From positions 62,001 to 126,000 of IMG/VR virus record IMGVR_UViG_3300009177_000028: a DNA stretch of 64,000 bases; one strand, written 5' to 3'. Position numbers and translations under genes: made by a program. The number at the start of each line of letters is the position of its first letter. Within the stretch, counting starts at the first letter, position 1. Shown here one piece after another: positions 10,578 through 19,480 of the stretch. The notes under the pieces are model-generated. The model was given only the letters and a program-made list of their open reading frames with translations. It had not been told where the DNA came from and did not search any database.

Positions 10578-11308
10578 ACAAAGTATTAAGTATAGTTATT
10601 CCTGTGTGGAATAAGTTTAACTTCACCAGGTCATGTCTTAAAGACTTGACTCAGCTACCATCTGATCATGAAATTATTATCGTAGATAATGCTAGCACCG
10701 ACGAAACGCAATCCGTTTTGCAAGATGCTAAAGAAATTGTTTATCATCGAAATGAAGCCAATCTTGGATTCGCCAAAGCCTGTAACATCGGATATGGATT
10801 AGCCAGCGCTCCTAATATTTTGTTCCTCAATAATGACATCCGAGTTAGTTCCAATCATACTAACTGGACGGCTCCACTAATTGAAAAGTGCCCAGAAGGA
10901 CTGGTTGGTCCAACCATGGGGCAATTGGATAAGAATCTAAATTTCGTGCAAGAAGCTAATCGCATATTGCCAGGAAATTCCTACATGGGTGGTTGGTGTC
11001 TAGCCTCTAGTAGAGAGATCTGGTCTAAACTTTGGATTCCTCGTAGTGAAACCCGAGCCCAAACGGCTAGCCAGATTCAGCCCGGAGAAACAACCAAGGT
11101 CCCGCCTCAAATCTTCTCTGAAGAATTTGGCCTTGCCTATTTTGAAGATACTGATCTTTCTTTTAGGGCTAGGAAGCTTGGCATTCAAATGATTGTAGTA
11201 CCTATTCCAGTAGTTCATTTTGGTAAACAAACCAGTAAACAAATTAATACACACAAACTGTATACAGAAGCTAGACAAATCTTCGTTAAGAAGTGGAGCA
11301 AAGGATAA
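10574..11308 (+). CDS. Glycosyltransferase family 2 (GT-A)
   Basis: SIVIPVWN, IIIVDNASTD, NLGFAKACNIG, LFLNNDI, YFEDTDLSFRA. ATGA overlap with the GT4 stop suggests a start at 10574. Confidence 0.88.
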   Translation: MNKVLSIVIPVWNKFNFTRSCLKDLTQLPSDHEIIIVDNASTDETQSVLQDAKEIVYHRNEANLGFAKACNIGYGLASAPNILFLNNDIRVSSNHTNWTAPLIEKCPEGLVGPTMGQLDKNLNFVQEANRILPGNSYMGGWCLASSREIWSKLWIPRSETRAQTASQIQPGETTKVPPQIFSEEFGLAYFEDTDLSFRARKLGIQMIVVPIPVVHFGKQTSKQINTHKLYTEARQIFVKKWSKG

Positions 11309-12132
11309 TGCCTGAGGGAGTTGAAGTTAAGATTAGTGCAGATTTAATTGGTCCTTTAGTTATTGGTAAACAAGTTTCTATTTCATTACCCCACGGATCT
11401 GGTAGGTATAAATCATCTCCTCCAGAGGGGTATGTAGCATTTGATAAAACACTAGTTACACAATATGTAAAAGTGGTTGATGTTAAAACAAAAGGTAAAT
11501 TCATGTATTGGACATTTGATAATGGCTGGTACATGTTTTGTACTTTTGGGATGACGGGGCAGTGGTCTCCAGTTATGGGGAAACATCCTTGTTTTTCTTT
11601 TATATTTATTGATAATACACAAATGTTCTTCAATGATCCGCGCCATTTTGGTACGATCAAGTTTACCGCCAACCCAACTGAGGTGTCCAAAAAACTTGAG
11701 GAACTTGGATGGGATCCATTGAACCATGGTATGGAAGAACAATGGGTTAATTACGTGATCAATACGTTGGCACGTTCCACCAAACCAATTGGACAAGTGT
11801 TAATGGATCAGGGCGTTTTCGCAGGTGTAGGTAACTACATTCGTGCGGAGGCGTTATATCTAGCCAGGATGTCTCCGTGGCGCCAATCTAATACTTTGAA
11901 AAGGGATGAAATTCTTTCTTTGTGTCAGGCAATTGTAGATGTTATGAATGAGTCATACGCCCACCAAGGTGCCACCATTCTTACTTATAAAGATGCTTAT
12001 GGGGCTGAAGGTAAATATTCAAGTTGTTTTAAGGTATACGGCCAGAAAACAGATCCCCTCGGAAACAAAATCGTAAAAGAAAACACGCCGGAAGGTCGCG
12101 CCATTCACTGGTGCCCATCTGTACAAGTATAA
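11308..12132 (+). CDS. nei: Fpg/Nei-family DNA glycosylase/AP lyase with zincless finger
   Basis: Start MPEGVEV (catalytic Pro2/Glu3) at 11308, KGKFMYW, FGMTGQW, DPRHFGT, H2TH motif LMDQGVFAGVGNYIRAEALY, and C-terminal VYGQKTDPLGN...GRAIHWCPSVQ lacking the first Cys pair. Confidence 0.92.
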   Translation: MPEGVEVKISADLIGPLVIGKQVSISLPHGSGRYKSSPPEGYVAFDKTLVTQYVKVVDVKTKGKFMYWTFDNGWYMFCTFGMTGQWSPVMGKHPCFSFIFIDNTQMFFNDPRHFGTIKFTANPTEVSKKLEELGWDPLNHGMEEQWVNYVINTLARSTKPIGQVLMDQGVFAGVGNYIRAEALYLARMSPWRQSNTLKRDEILSLCQAIVDVMNESYAHQGATILTYKDAYGAEGKYSSCFKVYGQKTDPLGNKIVKENTPEGRAIHWCPSVQV

Positions 12133-12142
12133 AGGTATCACC

Positions 12143-13120
12143 ATGTCTCCACTCGCTAAAAAAATTCTCATCGCATTAGGAGTTATTGTTACTCTTGGTG
12201 CACTAGGTTTCATAATTTATCGCCAAGAACAAATCTCCCAAAGACAATTAGCCATTGAAACGGGGATGGTTTCTCAGAAGCAGCTTTTGGACGGCATTGT
12301 TCGTAGCCAGGCCACTTGGACAACCAAAGAAGATCTAGAAAAGCTGGCCAAAGCTAATGACATCAACCTGCAAACGATCAAAGATGATTTGGCCAAATTG
12401 CATGCAGATGTAACTTCAATCAATATCGCGGTTACTACCAGCAATGGACAGCATGGAACCAACATTCCAACTAAGCCGGGCCCGGTAGTGAATCCAAACC
12501 CAATCGATCCTTCCAATCCGGATCCATATGGTTACATGAAGCAACAGCAGACATTGGCGCTTAATGAAGATTTTGGAACTGTTAAGGTTCCAATCGGATC
12601 AGTTGGATTTAGTGCGTGGCAAAAAGAACCTTGGAATTATGATATCAAGGCCAGAGAATATAAGTCCTCTACAGTAGTTGGAGTTGACGAGAATCAAAGG
12701 CAATACTATTATAATAAGTTTACTGTTAAAGTAGATGATAAAGAATATACATTACCAATTAAGAGCGCTACTACAGAGCAGATCTATCCAGAGGCTAAGT
12801 TTAGTTGGTGGAATCCTAGATTGTATCTAGGAGTAGATGGTGAAGTGGGTCTCAGCCCTGTCAAGGGGGAGGTAGCGCCCTCAGTGGGTCTCCAGGTGAT
12901 GTCCTATGGTAGATACAAGAATCAACCAGATTTCTCTATTTTACAGGTAGGTGTAGGATATGGTATCAATAGCCAAAGGCCGCAAGTTTCTGTAATGCCA
13001 TTTTCATATAATGTTGGTAAACCAGTACCTTTAATTAATAACACTTATGTTGGACCGGTTATATCTGTCGGTACCGATGCAAATGTTTATGTCGGTGGTG
13101 GTATTAGAGTAGGATTGTAA
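12143..13120 (+). CDS. Membrane-anchored hypothetical protein (N-terminal TM, coiled coil, beta-rich C-terminus)
   Basis: KKILIALGVIVTLGALGFIIYR signal anchor, a heptad-like middle, and a C-terminus of amphipathic beta strands ending YVGGGIRVGL. Confidence 0.6.
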   Translation: MSPLAKKILIALGVIVTLGALGFIIYRQEQISQRQLAIETGMVSQKQLLDGIVRSQATWTTKEDLEKLAKANDINLQTIKDDLAKLHADVTSINIAVTTSNGQHGTNIPTKPGPVVNPNPIDPSNPDPYGYMKQQQTLALNEDFGTVKVPIGSVGFSAWQKEPWNYDIKAREYKSSTVVGVDENQRQYYYNKFTVKVDDKEYTLPIKSATTEQIYPEAKFSWWNPRLYLGVDGEVGLSPVKGEVAPSVGLQVMSYGRYKNQPDFSILQVGVGYGINSQRPQVSVMPFSYNVGKPVPLINNTYVGPVISVGTDANVYVGGGIRVGL

Positions 13121-13122
13121 GA

Positions 13123-13953
13123 ATGCTTTATCTTTTCACGCTAACTTGGAATGCATGCGACAAATTAACTAAATTAAAAGATTCTCTTTTGCCAGCTTTA
13201 GATGGAATTGATTACACTTGGCTGATTAAGGATAATGCCTCTAAAGATGATACGGTAGCCATATCATCTGCCTGGGGAGATAAGGTCAAGGTTATTCCAT
13301 ATAAGAATAATTTGCAGAATTTTTCTGCCGGTATGAATTATCTTTTTAGTGAAGCTTCTCCAGCAGACAATGATTTAGTGATGCTTCTTAATAATGACGT
13401 TATTATTAATGATAAGCGCTCAATCAAAAACATGGTTGAAGTTATCAAGAAAGATGATGAAGTTGGGGCTGTTGGATGCAGGTTATTGTATACTGATACG
13501 GAGAATCTACAGCATGCGGGAGTTGTTTTTGATAACCGCTACAGAATGCCAACTCATTTCAGAGCTGGCGAAAAGACAGACGCTAATGCTGAGAAGAACC
13601 GTCTCTTCCAAGTTGTTACAGGCGCTGTGCTTGTGACTAAAGCTGAGTACTTTAAAAATGCCTGTGAAAATAATAAGTCGGGCCATAGGGGAATGGACGA
13701 AAGTTATCATTGGGCCTTTGATGATGTAGACTTGTGTTTATCTATCAATTACAATATGCAAAAGAAAATTGTCTATTGTGGAGATACTAATATCTTTCAT
13801 GAAGAGAGCGCCTCTCTTAAAAAGAATCCGGCCAACAGACTGTTCATGGCCCATAACACCAATTACTTGAAAACCAAGTGGGCATCTCGTTTTGTGCTAG
13901 ATGCTAATGAATATAAACAGAGTCCATCTTATAACCTTTATAAGGGCAAATAA
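13123..13953 (+). CDS. Glycosyltransferase family 2 (GT-A)
   Basis: IKDNASKD, NFSAGMN, LLNNDV, VGAVGCRLLY...LQHAGV, VTGAVLV, FDDVDLCL, HEESAS. Confidence 0.85.
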   Translation: MLYLFTLTWNACDKLTKLKDSLLPALDGIDYTWLIKDNASKDDTVAISSAWGDKVKVIPYKNNLQNFSAGMNYLFSEASPADNDLVMLLNNDVIINDKRSIKNMVEVIKKDDEVGAVGCRLLYTDTENLQHAGVVFDNRYRMPTHFRAGEKTDANAEKNRLFQVVTGAVLVTKAEYFKNACENNKSGHRGMDESYHWAFDDVDLCLSINYNMQKKIVYCGDTNIFHEESASLKKNPANRLFMAHNTNYLKTKWASRFVLDANEYKQSPSYNLYKGK

Positions 13954-14903
13954 TGACAAAAGTTTTGTTAACCGGAACATGTGGATTTATCTTTAGCAAC
14001 TTGATTCGTAAAGCCATTTACGAGAAGCAGCCATACTCTTTTGTTAGTGTTGATAAAGTAAATGGTAACGCCAACGTTCTTTACTCACATAAGAACCACG
14101 TGTTCCATTTGGCCGATATTCGAGATCAACATATTATGGACAAAATTTTTCAATTTGAACGTCCTGATATCGTTATTCATGGAGCGGCCGAAAGCTTTGT
14201 TGACTATTCGCTAACTGATCCTAATGCCTTTGTCACCTCCAATGTATTAGGCACCCAAGTACTGATTAATGCCTCAGTCAAACATGGGGTAAAGAAATTC
14301 ATTTACATCTCTACGGATGAAGTCTATGGCCAGCTAACCAATGAATCTGATGCGGCCTGGACCGAAGAATCGCCTCTCAATCCCAGGAACCCCTATTCGG
14401 CTTCTAAAGCGGCCGGCGAGCTAATGGTCCAGGCGGCCTACCACTCTCACGGGCTAATTTATAACATTACTAGAAGCTCTAATAACTATGGTCCCCGCCA
14501 GACTCCAGAGAAGCTGATTCCAAAGGCCATTAAGTGCGTTATGCAGGGTCAGAAAATCCCTATTTACGGTCAGGGGCTACAGGTCAGAGATTGGACCCAT
14601 GTATTTGATAACTGTGGGGCCCTTTTGACAGTTTTGAACCAGGGCAAGCCAAATGAAATATACAATATTTCAGCCAACCAAGAGCTACCTAATATAGAGG
14701 TAATTCAAAAAATTTGCAATGAAATGGGAAAGGGTCACGACCTGATTTCTTTTATTGATGACCCTCGTAAAGGACATGATTTTAGATATTCAATTGATTC
14801 TTCTAAAATTAGAGAATTGGGATGGAAACCAGCATATAGATTCAAAGAGGGAATAGCGGATACTGTTGAATGGTATCAAATGAATCAATGGTTTTTGAAG
14901 TGA
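13953..14903 (+). CDS. rmlB: dTDP-glucose 4,6-dehydratase-like extended SDR
   Basis: IHGAAESFVDYS, NVLGTQVL, ISTDEVYG, PRNPYSASK (YxxxK), SNNYGPRQTPEKLIP, YGQGLQVRDW, GHDFRYSIDSSKI. The Rossmann motif reads GTCGFIF instead of GxxGxxG. Confidence 0.88.
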   Translation: MTKVLLTGTCGFIFSNLIRKAIYEKQPYSFVSVDKVNGNANVLYSHKNHVFHLADIRDQHIMDKIFQFERPDIVIHGAAESFVDYSLTDPNAFVTSNVLGTQVLINASVKHGVKKFIYISTDEVYGQLTNESDAAWTEESPLNPRNPYSASKAAGELMVQAAYHSHGLIYNITRSSNNYGPRQTPEKLIPKAIKCVMQGQKIPIYGQGLQVRDWTHVFDNCGALLTVLNQGKPNEIYNISANQELPNIEVIQKICNEMGKGHDLISFIDDPRKGHDFRYSIDSSKIRELGWKPAYRFKEGIADTVEWYQMNQWFLK

Positions 14904-14909
14904 TATAGT
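14901..14909 (+). promoter_or_regulatory. Extended -10-like element TGATATAGT
   Basis: The TGnTATA motif recurs just after upstream stops at 9437, 14901, 39229 (TGATATAAT) and 43173, each time shortly before an RBS/ATG. Confidence 0.35.
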
Positions 14910-14926
14910 AGTCTTAAGGAGATAGA

Positions 14927-16288
14927 ATGTCCGCAACATCCAAAACAGAAGAAACGACACCCGAGAACGTGGTGGATGATGTTTCAAAATTAGAAGTTAA
15001 AAAAGAAGACGTAGTTGATCCAAGTGTATTAGCTGCCCTAAAAGCGAAAAGTCAAGCCAAACAACAGGAGAGTAAGATGGCCGCCAAAATTGTATCGAGA
15101 AGAGAAAGAAGTTTAGCCCTTGGAATTGTGGGTTCAGGCCAAGCCGGATCCAGACTAGCCGAGGCGTTTTACAAGTTGGCCTATGATGCCGTCGTTATCA
15201 ACACTGCTATGCAGGACTTGAAGTTTATTGATATCCCAGATTCCAACAAGCTACTTCTAGAGTACGGCTTAGGTGGAGCTGCTAAAGAAGTTGAAATTGG
15301 TAAGGCTGCCGCTGAAACGCATCGTGGCGAAATCCTCCAACTCATTAACGACAAACTAGCTGGTAGCCAAGTTAATCTATTGTGTCTCAGCTTAGGCGGT
15401 GGTTCTGGAGCAGGCTCCTGTGAAACCCTAGTAGACCTTATGTCTAATCTAGGAAAACCATTGGTTGTCATGACCGTTCTTCCAATGGATACTGAGGACG
15501 CCCAGACCAAGGCTAATGCGCTTGAGACGCTTTCTAAGCTTGCTAAGCTAACCCAGACTAAGAAGGTTAATAACCTAATCGTAGTTGATAATGCTAAGAT
15601 TGAAGCAATTTATTCAAGTGTAAGTCAAGTAGACTTCTACGGAGTAGCTAACAAAGCAATCGTAGAAACTATTGACGTATTTAATACACTTTCCTCCATG
15701 CCATCTTCTGTCAAAGGTCTTGACCCGATGGAGTGGGGAAAGTTGTTCACCGATGGTGAAGGTCTCACGGTTTATGGTGAGCTAACTATCGATAATTTTT
15801 CTGAGGAAACAGCTATTGCAGAAGCCGTGGTGAATAACCTAAATGGCAACTTGTTAGCTGGTGGATTTGACCTCAAGCAATCCAGATACGTTGGTGTTAT
15901 CATCGCTGCAAACAAAGAAGTTTGGAGCAAGATCCCAAGCTCTAGTATTACTTATGCTATGGCAATGGTTAATGATCAGTGTGGAACTCCAAGAGGAGTA
16001 TTTAAGGGTATCTACACCATAGATACTCCAGATCCAGTTGTCAAGGTCTACTCTATGTTTGCTGGTTTGGGACTACCGGACTCTCGTGTTGCTCAGCTTC
16101 GTAAGGATGCGCAAGAACACATGCAAACAGTCAAGGGTAAAGATGAGGGCCGTAATTTGAGCTTGAATCTAGATACTGGCACTAATGAAACTATTTCTGC
16201 GGCCCAGAAGGTTAAGGACAAGATTGCTGCCAAATCTTCCGCCTTCGGTAAGTTGGTTGGTGGTGTTGTTGATAGGAGAAAGCCATGA
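14927..16288 (+). CDS. Tubulin/FtsZ-family GTPase (TubZ/CetZ/PhuZ-like)
   Basis: T1 loop GSGQAGSRLA, INTAMQDL, GGAAKEVEIG, signature loop LSLGGGSGAG, VDNAK, T7-like LDPMEW. AGGAG RBS before 14927. A second possible start is at MAAKIV. Confidence 0.9.
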   Translation: MSATSKTEETTPENVVDDVSKLEVKKEDVVDPSVLAALKAKSQAKQQESKMAAKIVSRRERSLALGIVGSGQAGSRLAEAFYKLAYDAVVINTAMQDLKFIDIPDSNKLLLEYGLGGAAKEVEIGKAAAETHRGEILQLINDKLAGSQVNLLCLSLGGGSGAGSCETLVDLMSNLGKPLVVMTVLPMDTEDAQTKANALETLSKLAKLTQTKKVNNLIVVDNAKIEAIYSSVSQVDFYGVANKAIVETIDVFNTLSSMPSSVKGLDPMEWGKLFTDGEGLTVYGELTIDNFSEETAIAEAVVNNLNGNLLAGGFDLKQSRYVGVIIAANKEVWSKIPSSSITYAMAMVNDQCGTPRGVFKGIYTIDTPDPVVKVYSMFAGLGLPDSRVAQLRKDAQEHMQTVKGKDEGRNLSLNLDTGTNETISAAQKVKDKIAAKSSAFGKLVGGVVDRRKP

Positions 16289-16500
16289 GCTATAAAGAAA
16301 GATTAGCTAAAAGAACAGCCTTGTTTAGTTTGAAGACTTATCTCTTGAAAAAGGCACAAAAGAGAGCTGATTTGCTTCAATATCGAGCTGCCAAGAAAAA
16401 TGGCACGCTTGATTCCCATGCGGGTCATACCCATGAGGAAGACCATCTTCACGTTCACGAAGATGAGTTATCAGAAGCTCCAGCCGATCAGAATCCATAA
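16285..16500 (+). CDS. Small protein with basic N-half and His/acidic C-half
   Basis: ATGA-coupled to the tubulin gene. K/R-rich first 40 aa, then SHAGHTHEEDHLHVHEDE. Confidence 0.55.
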   Translation: MSYKERLAKRTALFSLKTYLLKKAQKRADLLQYRAAKKNGTLDSHAGHTHEEDHLHVHEDELSEAPADQNP

Positions 16501-16507
16501 TATAAAT

Positions 16508-16559
16508 TGTCGAGAAAAAGGTACTAGATATATATGATTTAGTACACTTTAACTCGGCA
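16508..16559. repeat. Imperfect inverted repeat in the intergenic gap before the helicase
   Basis: TGTCGAG...AAAG.GTACTA-(13 nt)-TAGTAC.CTTT...CTCGGCA. The core GTACTA (16521-26) and TAGTAC (16540-45) are exact reverse complements. Confidence 0.4.
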
Positions 16560-16564
16560 GTTCT

Positions 16565-18085
16565 ATGACCAAAATTCTGGTAAAAGGTAACACATCACAA
16601 ATCACTGAAGAGACAGATGCTAACCACGTTCTTGCGTTGGATAAGCACCTGTCTTTTTACGTTCAGGGAGCAGAGCACACTGCGGCCTTCAGAGGATTTT
16701 TCAATCGAGATGGAGACTTTGTCAAGTGGGACGGATTTAAAAAACTTCTAACCCCAACATTACAGTTTCCTACTGGACTATTAGAAAGAGTAAAAGATTT
16801 CTATAAAGATGCTAACAAGCCTATTGAGGTTGTTGATAAAAGACCAGCCAAATCTCTCGGCCAAGAGAGGTTTATTTTAGATAATTTAAAGAAATTAGAT
16901 AAAAATCCGTACCCCTATCAATTGGAAATTCTCGATGTCATTGACAAAAATGATCGAGGAATTATAAAGGTAGCGACAGGTGGAGGTAAGAGTCTTATCG
17001 CAGCGCTAATTGCTGCAAAATTGGGTAAGAAAACTATTATCTATGTAATTGGAAAAGATTTGCTCTACCAATTTCATGATTTTTTCTCAGCCGTCTTTGA
17101 TGAAAAAATTGGAATCATTGGTGACGGTAAATGTGACATTCAAGATATCAACATCGCCAGCATCTGGACCATTGGCCAAGCTATTGGCATGGATAAGAAG
17201 AGCATCCTGCTTGATGGAGATGATGACGAAGAGGCAGTAAGCAAGAATAAATACGTAGACATTCTTAAGATGTTGAAAGACGCTAGAGTTCACATCATTG
17301 ATGAATGCCACATGTCTGCTTGCGAAACCATTCAACAGGTTTTCAAAACTGCTAAGGCCGAACATCTATATGGGTTAAGCGGCTCTCCTTGGAGAGATGA
17401 TGGTGCCGACCTTCTTATTGAGTCTGTCCTTGGTAAATACATTGTTAACATTTCTGCTTCCTATTTGATTGAGCGAGACTTTTTAGCACAAGCCTTAATT
17501 AGATTTAGAGTTGTCCCACCCTACCCTTATGAGATAGATAGAGTTTATCCATCTGTTTACAAAAAGTATGTGGTTGAAAATGATGCTCGTAACGGTCTAG
17601 TACTAGAAGGTGCCAGGACACTAGTTGAAAAGGGATATCAAACATTAGTATTATTCAGCAGCTTAAAGCACGGTAAGATTTTATATGATCTATTTAAGCA
17701 ACACATGAAATGTGCTATCTTAGATGGGTCTAATTCTAAAGAAGAGCGTGAGCAAGTTAAAAAAGATTTATTAGAACACAAAATTGATTGTGTTTTAGCC
17801 TCTAAAATCTTTGATATAGGCGTTGACATTCCCAGTTTGTCTGGCCTTGTCATCGCATGCGGTGGAAAGTCAACGGTCAAAGCGTTGCAGAGAGTCGGCA
17901 GAGTTATCCGCAAGTATCCAGGTAAGAAGTTTGCGGTTGTTATTGACTTTATCGATCAAGCACCATTTTTAGATAACCACTCTAAAGTAAGATACAAGAT
18001 CTATAAGTCGGAAGAAGGGTTTGACGTATCATGGCCAATGCCAAAAAAGCAAAAGAAAAAATCGAAGAAACAGGAGGAGAACTAA
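16565..18085 (+). CDS. Superfamily 2 DExH helicase (UvsW/XPB-like)
   Basis: PYPYQ, Walker A ATGGGKS, DECH, GLSGSP, IFDIGVDIPSL, LQRVGRVIR. Confidence 0.9.
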   Translation: MTKILVKGNTSQITEETDANHVLALDKHLSFYVQGAEHTAAFRGFFNRDGDFVKWDGFKKLLTPTLQFPTGLLERVKDFYKDANKPIEVVDKRPAKSLGQERFILDNLKKLDKNPYPYQLEILDVIDKNDRGIIKVATGGGKSLIAALIAAKLGKKTIIYVIGKDLLYQFHDFFSAVFDEKIGIIGDGKCDIQDINIASIWTIGQAIGMDKKSILLDGDDDEEAVSKNKYVDILKMLKDARVHIIDECHMSACETIQQVFKTAKAEHLYGLSGSPWRDDGADLLIESVLGKYIVNISASYLIERDFLAQALIRFRVVPPYPYEIDRVYPSVYKKYVVENDARNGLVLEGARTLVEKGYQTLVLFSSLKHGKILYDLFKQHMKCAILDGSNSKEEREQVKKDLLEHKIDCVLASKIFDIGVDIPSLSGLVIACGGKSTVKALQRVGRVIRKYPGKKFAVVIDFIDQAPFLDNHSKVRYKIYKSEEGFDVSWPMPKKQKKKSKKQEEN

Positions 18086-18648
18086 CTAATATTCCTAATG
18101 AGAAATATAAGAAGTTCTTCGATAAGTTTGCTGAGGTTGAAACATTGGAGGTAGAACAGTGGAAGACTGCTCACCTCCTTGGTTATTTCTGTAAGAAGTA
18201 CCAAGAGGTTTACAATGAACCCTATCCATGGAAGTTCAATAACCCAAGCCCTGCCAAATGCTTTGAGGTGTGGCAAATTAATACATTGGTTGCCCGTCTC
18301 TCGGCCAACCCCAAGATCCTCAAAGACTACATCGACTGGGCTTATACTAATTTGGTGCCCAAGGCAAAGCGTAGGCTAACCTCCATCTCCTTCATGACCA
18401 AAGATGAAATTGTTATTGGTTACAAAATGAATGTTCTTTTGGCGGGTAAGAAGAATCTAAATGTGGATCGCTCTACACCGCTTCCTAATCAGTTTCAAAC
18501 CGTTTTTCAAGAGATTGGTATCTTCGCTACCAACTATGGCGATTTGGCCTTCCTAGCTCAAATGGAGCAGACTCCCGAGATGGAGCTAGCTTTCCAGAAG
18601 CTGGGCGAATTAGGTTTTGATAAAGATATCCTTGGGAGGATAGTATGA
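18031..18648 (+). CDS. Hypothetical protein, possible replisome-organiser/initiator-like
   Basis: 205 aa, overlapping the helicase end by 55 nt, upstream of the DnaC/DnaB genes. The helical core LKDYIDWAY...LTSISF loosely resembles initiator C-terminal domains (inference). Confidence 0.5.
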   Translation: MANAKKAKEKIEETGGELTNIPNEKYKKFFDKFAEVETLEVEQWKTAHLLGYFCKKYQEVYNEPYPWKFNNPSPAKCFEVWQINTLVARLSANPKILKDYIDWAYTNLVPKAKRRLTSISFMTKDEIVIGYKMNVLLAGKKNLNVDRSTPLPNQFQTVFQEIGIFATNYGDLAFLAQMEQTPEMELAFQKLGELGFDKDILGRIV

Positions 18649-19046
18649 AGTTTGTAACATTTGAAGATCTACGTAATCATCAGAATTTTGAATATGTAGA
18701 GACCAACTGTCTAGCTGAAGGATTCAGGCAAGCAAGACCCTGCCAGATGAATATGATTTGGTCAAACATGGCCAATCTGGAGAAAGACGCCACTCAATTC
18801 GCTTTAGAACATGGTTGGGATCCAGAATCAATATTGGTTCTGTATGATCCCCCTAAAACCGAAGAAGAGAGAGAAGCAATAGCTAAAGAAACCGCTCGCC
18901 AAATTGCTGAAGATCCAGACTGGGATGATATCCAAATTGGATATGTTCCTGATGATCAAGTAATTGCCTCTTTGTATAAAGATATGACTATTGTTGATTT
19001 AATCAATGCTATAATGGCCCCATCACGATCAAAGGCGTCCCCATGA
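18645..19046 (+). CDS. Hypothetical protein
   Basis: ATGA-coupled within the replication operon. Confidence 0.6.
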   Translation: MKFVTFEDLRNHQNFEYVETNCLAEGFRQARPCQMNMIWSNMANLEKDATQFALEHGWDPESILVLYDPPKTEEEREAIAKETARQIAEDPDWDDIQIGYVPDDQVIASLYKDMTIVDLINAIMAPSRSKASP

Positions 19047-19480
19047 CTCCGCAAGTTGGCCAGCATGTAAAATGTATTCTCCGTAATGGAGCTATTGCTG
19101 AAGGTATCGTTGAAGAATGGTACAATAATATTGTGCAATTGAAATCTTTAGATGGTGAAAGTGCTTTAATTATCACTCATCCGTCCGAAGATATAATGCT
19201 GATCAAAGTTTTTCTGGAAAAGGCGGTTGAGCCTGAGTCCGAAGGGGAAGATCTTCCTAGTGAAGAAGATGTAAAAAACTTCGCAAGTAGTTTTGATAAT
19301 CCTCCAGTAGATTATGAGAAACCAGATGAGCTTAAAAGTCTGGCTCAGCTCCGAATTGAGTATGCCAAGCAAGAGCGAAAAATAATCGCTGAAAAACTAA
19401 AAGAACATCGCCCTAGCATTCCAGGGCCAGGAAAGGTTCAATATGGATACCCAGGACTTGGTAAGAAGCCGCGCACTTAA
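19043..19480 (+). CDS. Hypothetical protein
   Basis: ATGA-coupled. Small beta N-domain, acidic linker and basic tail. Confidence 0.6.
   Translation: MTPQVGQHVKCILRNGAIAEGIVEEWYNNIVQLKSLDGESALIITHPSEDIMLIKVFLEKAVEPESEGEDLPSEEDVKNFASSFDNPPVDYEKPDELKSLAQLRIEYAKQERKIIAEKLKEHRPSIPGPGKVQYGYPGLGKKPRT

Noticed and set aside
9453-16288. Eukaryotic giant virus (NCLDV) or cellular origin, suggested by the Nei1-like gene, GTs and tubulin
   Set aside because: The sigma-70 factor, SD sites, ATGA-coupled operons, DnaB/DnaC and tail/baseplate-like genes fit a bacteriophage. There are no cellular housekeeping operons.
14927-16288. Calling the GTPase a bona fide cell-division FtsZ
   Set aside because: The T1, T6 and T7 loop sequences differ from FtsZ, there is no dcw context, and no FtsZ C-terminal core peptide was seen.
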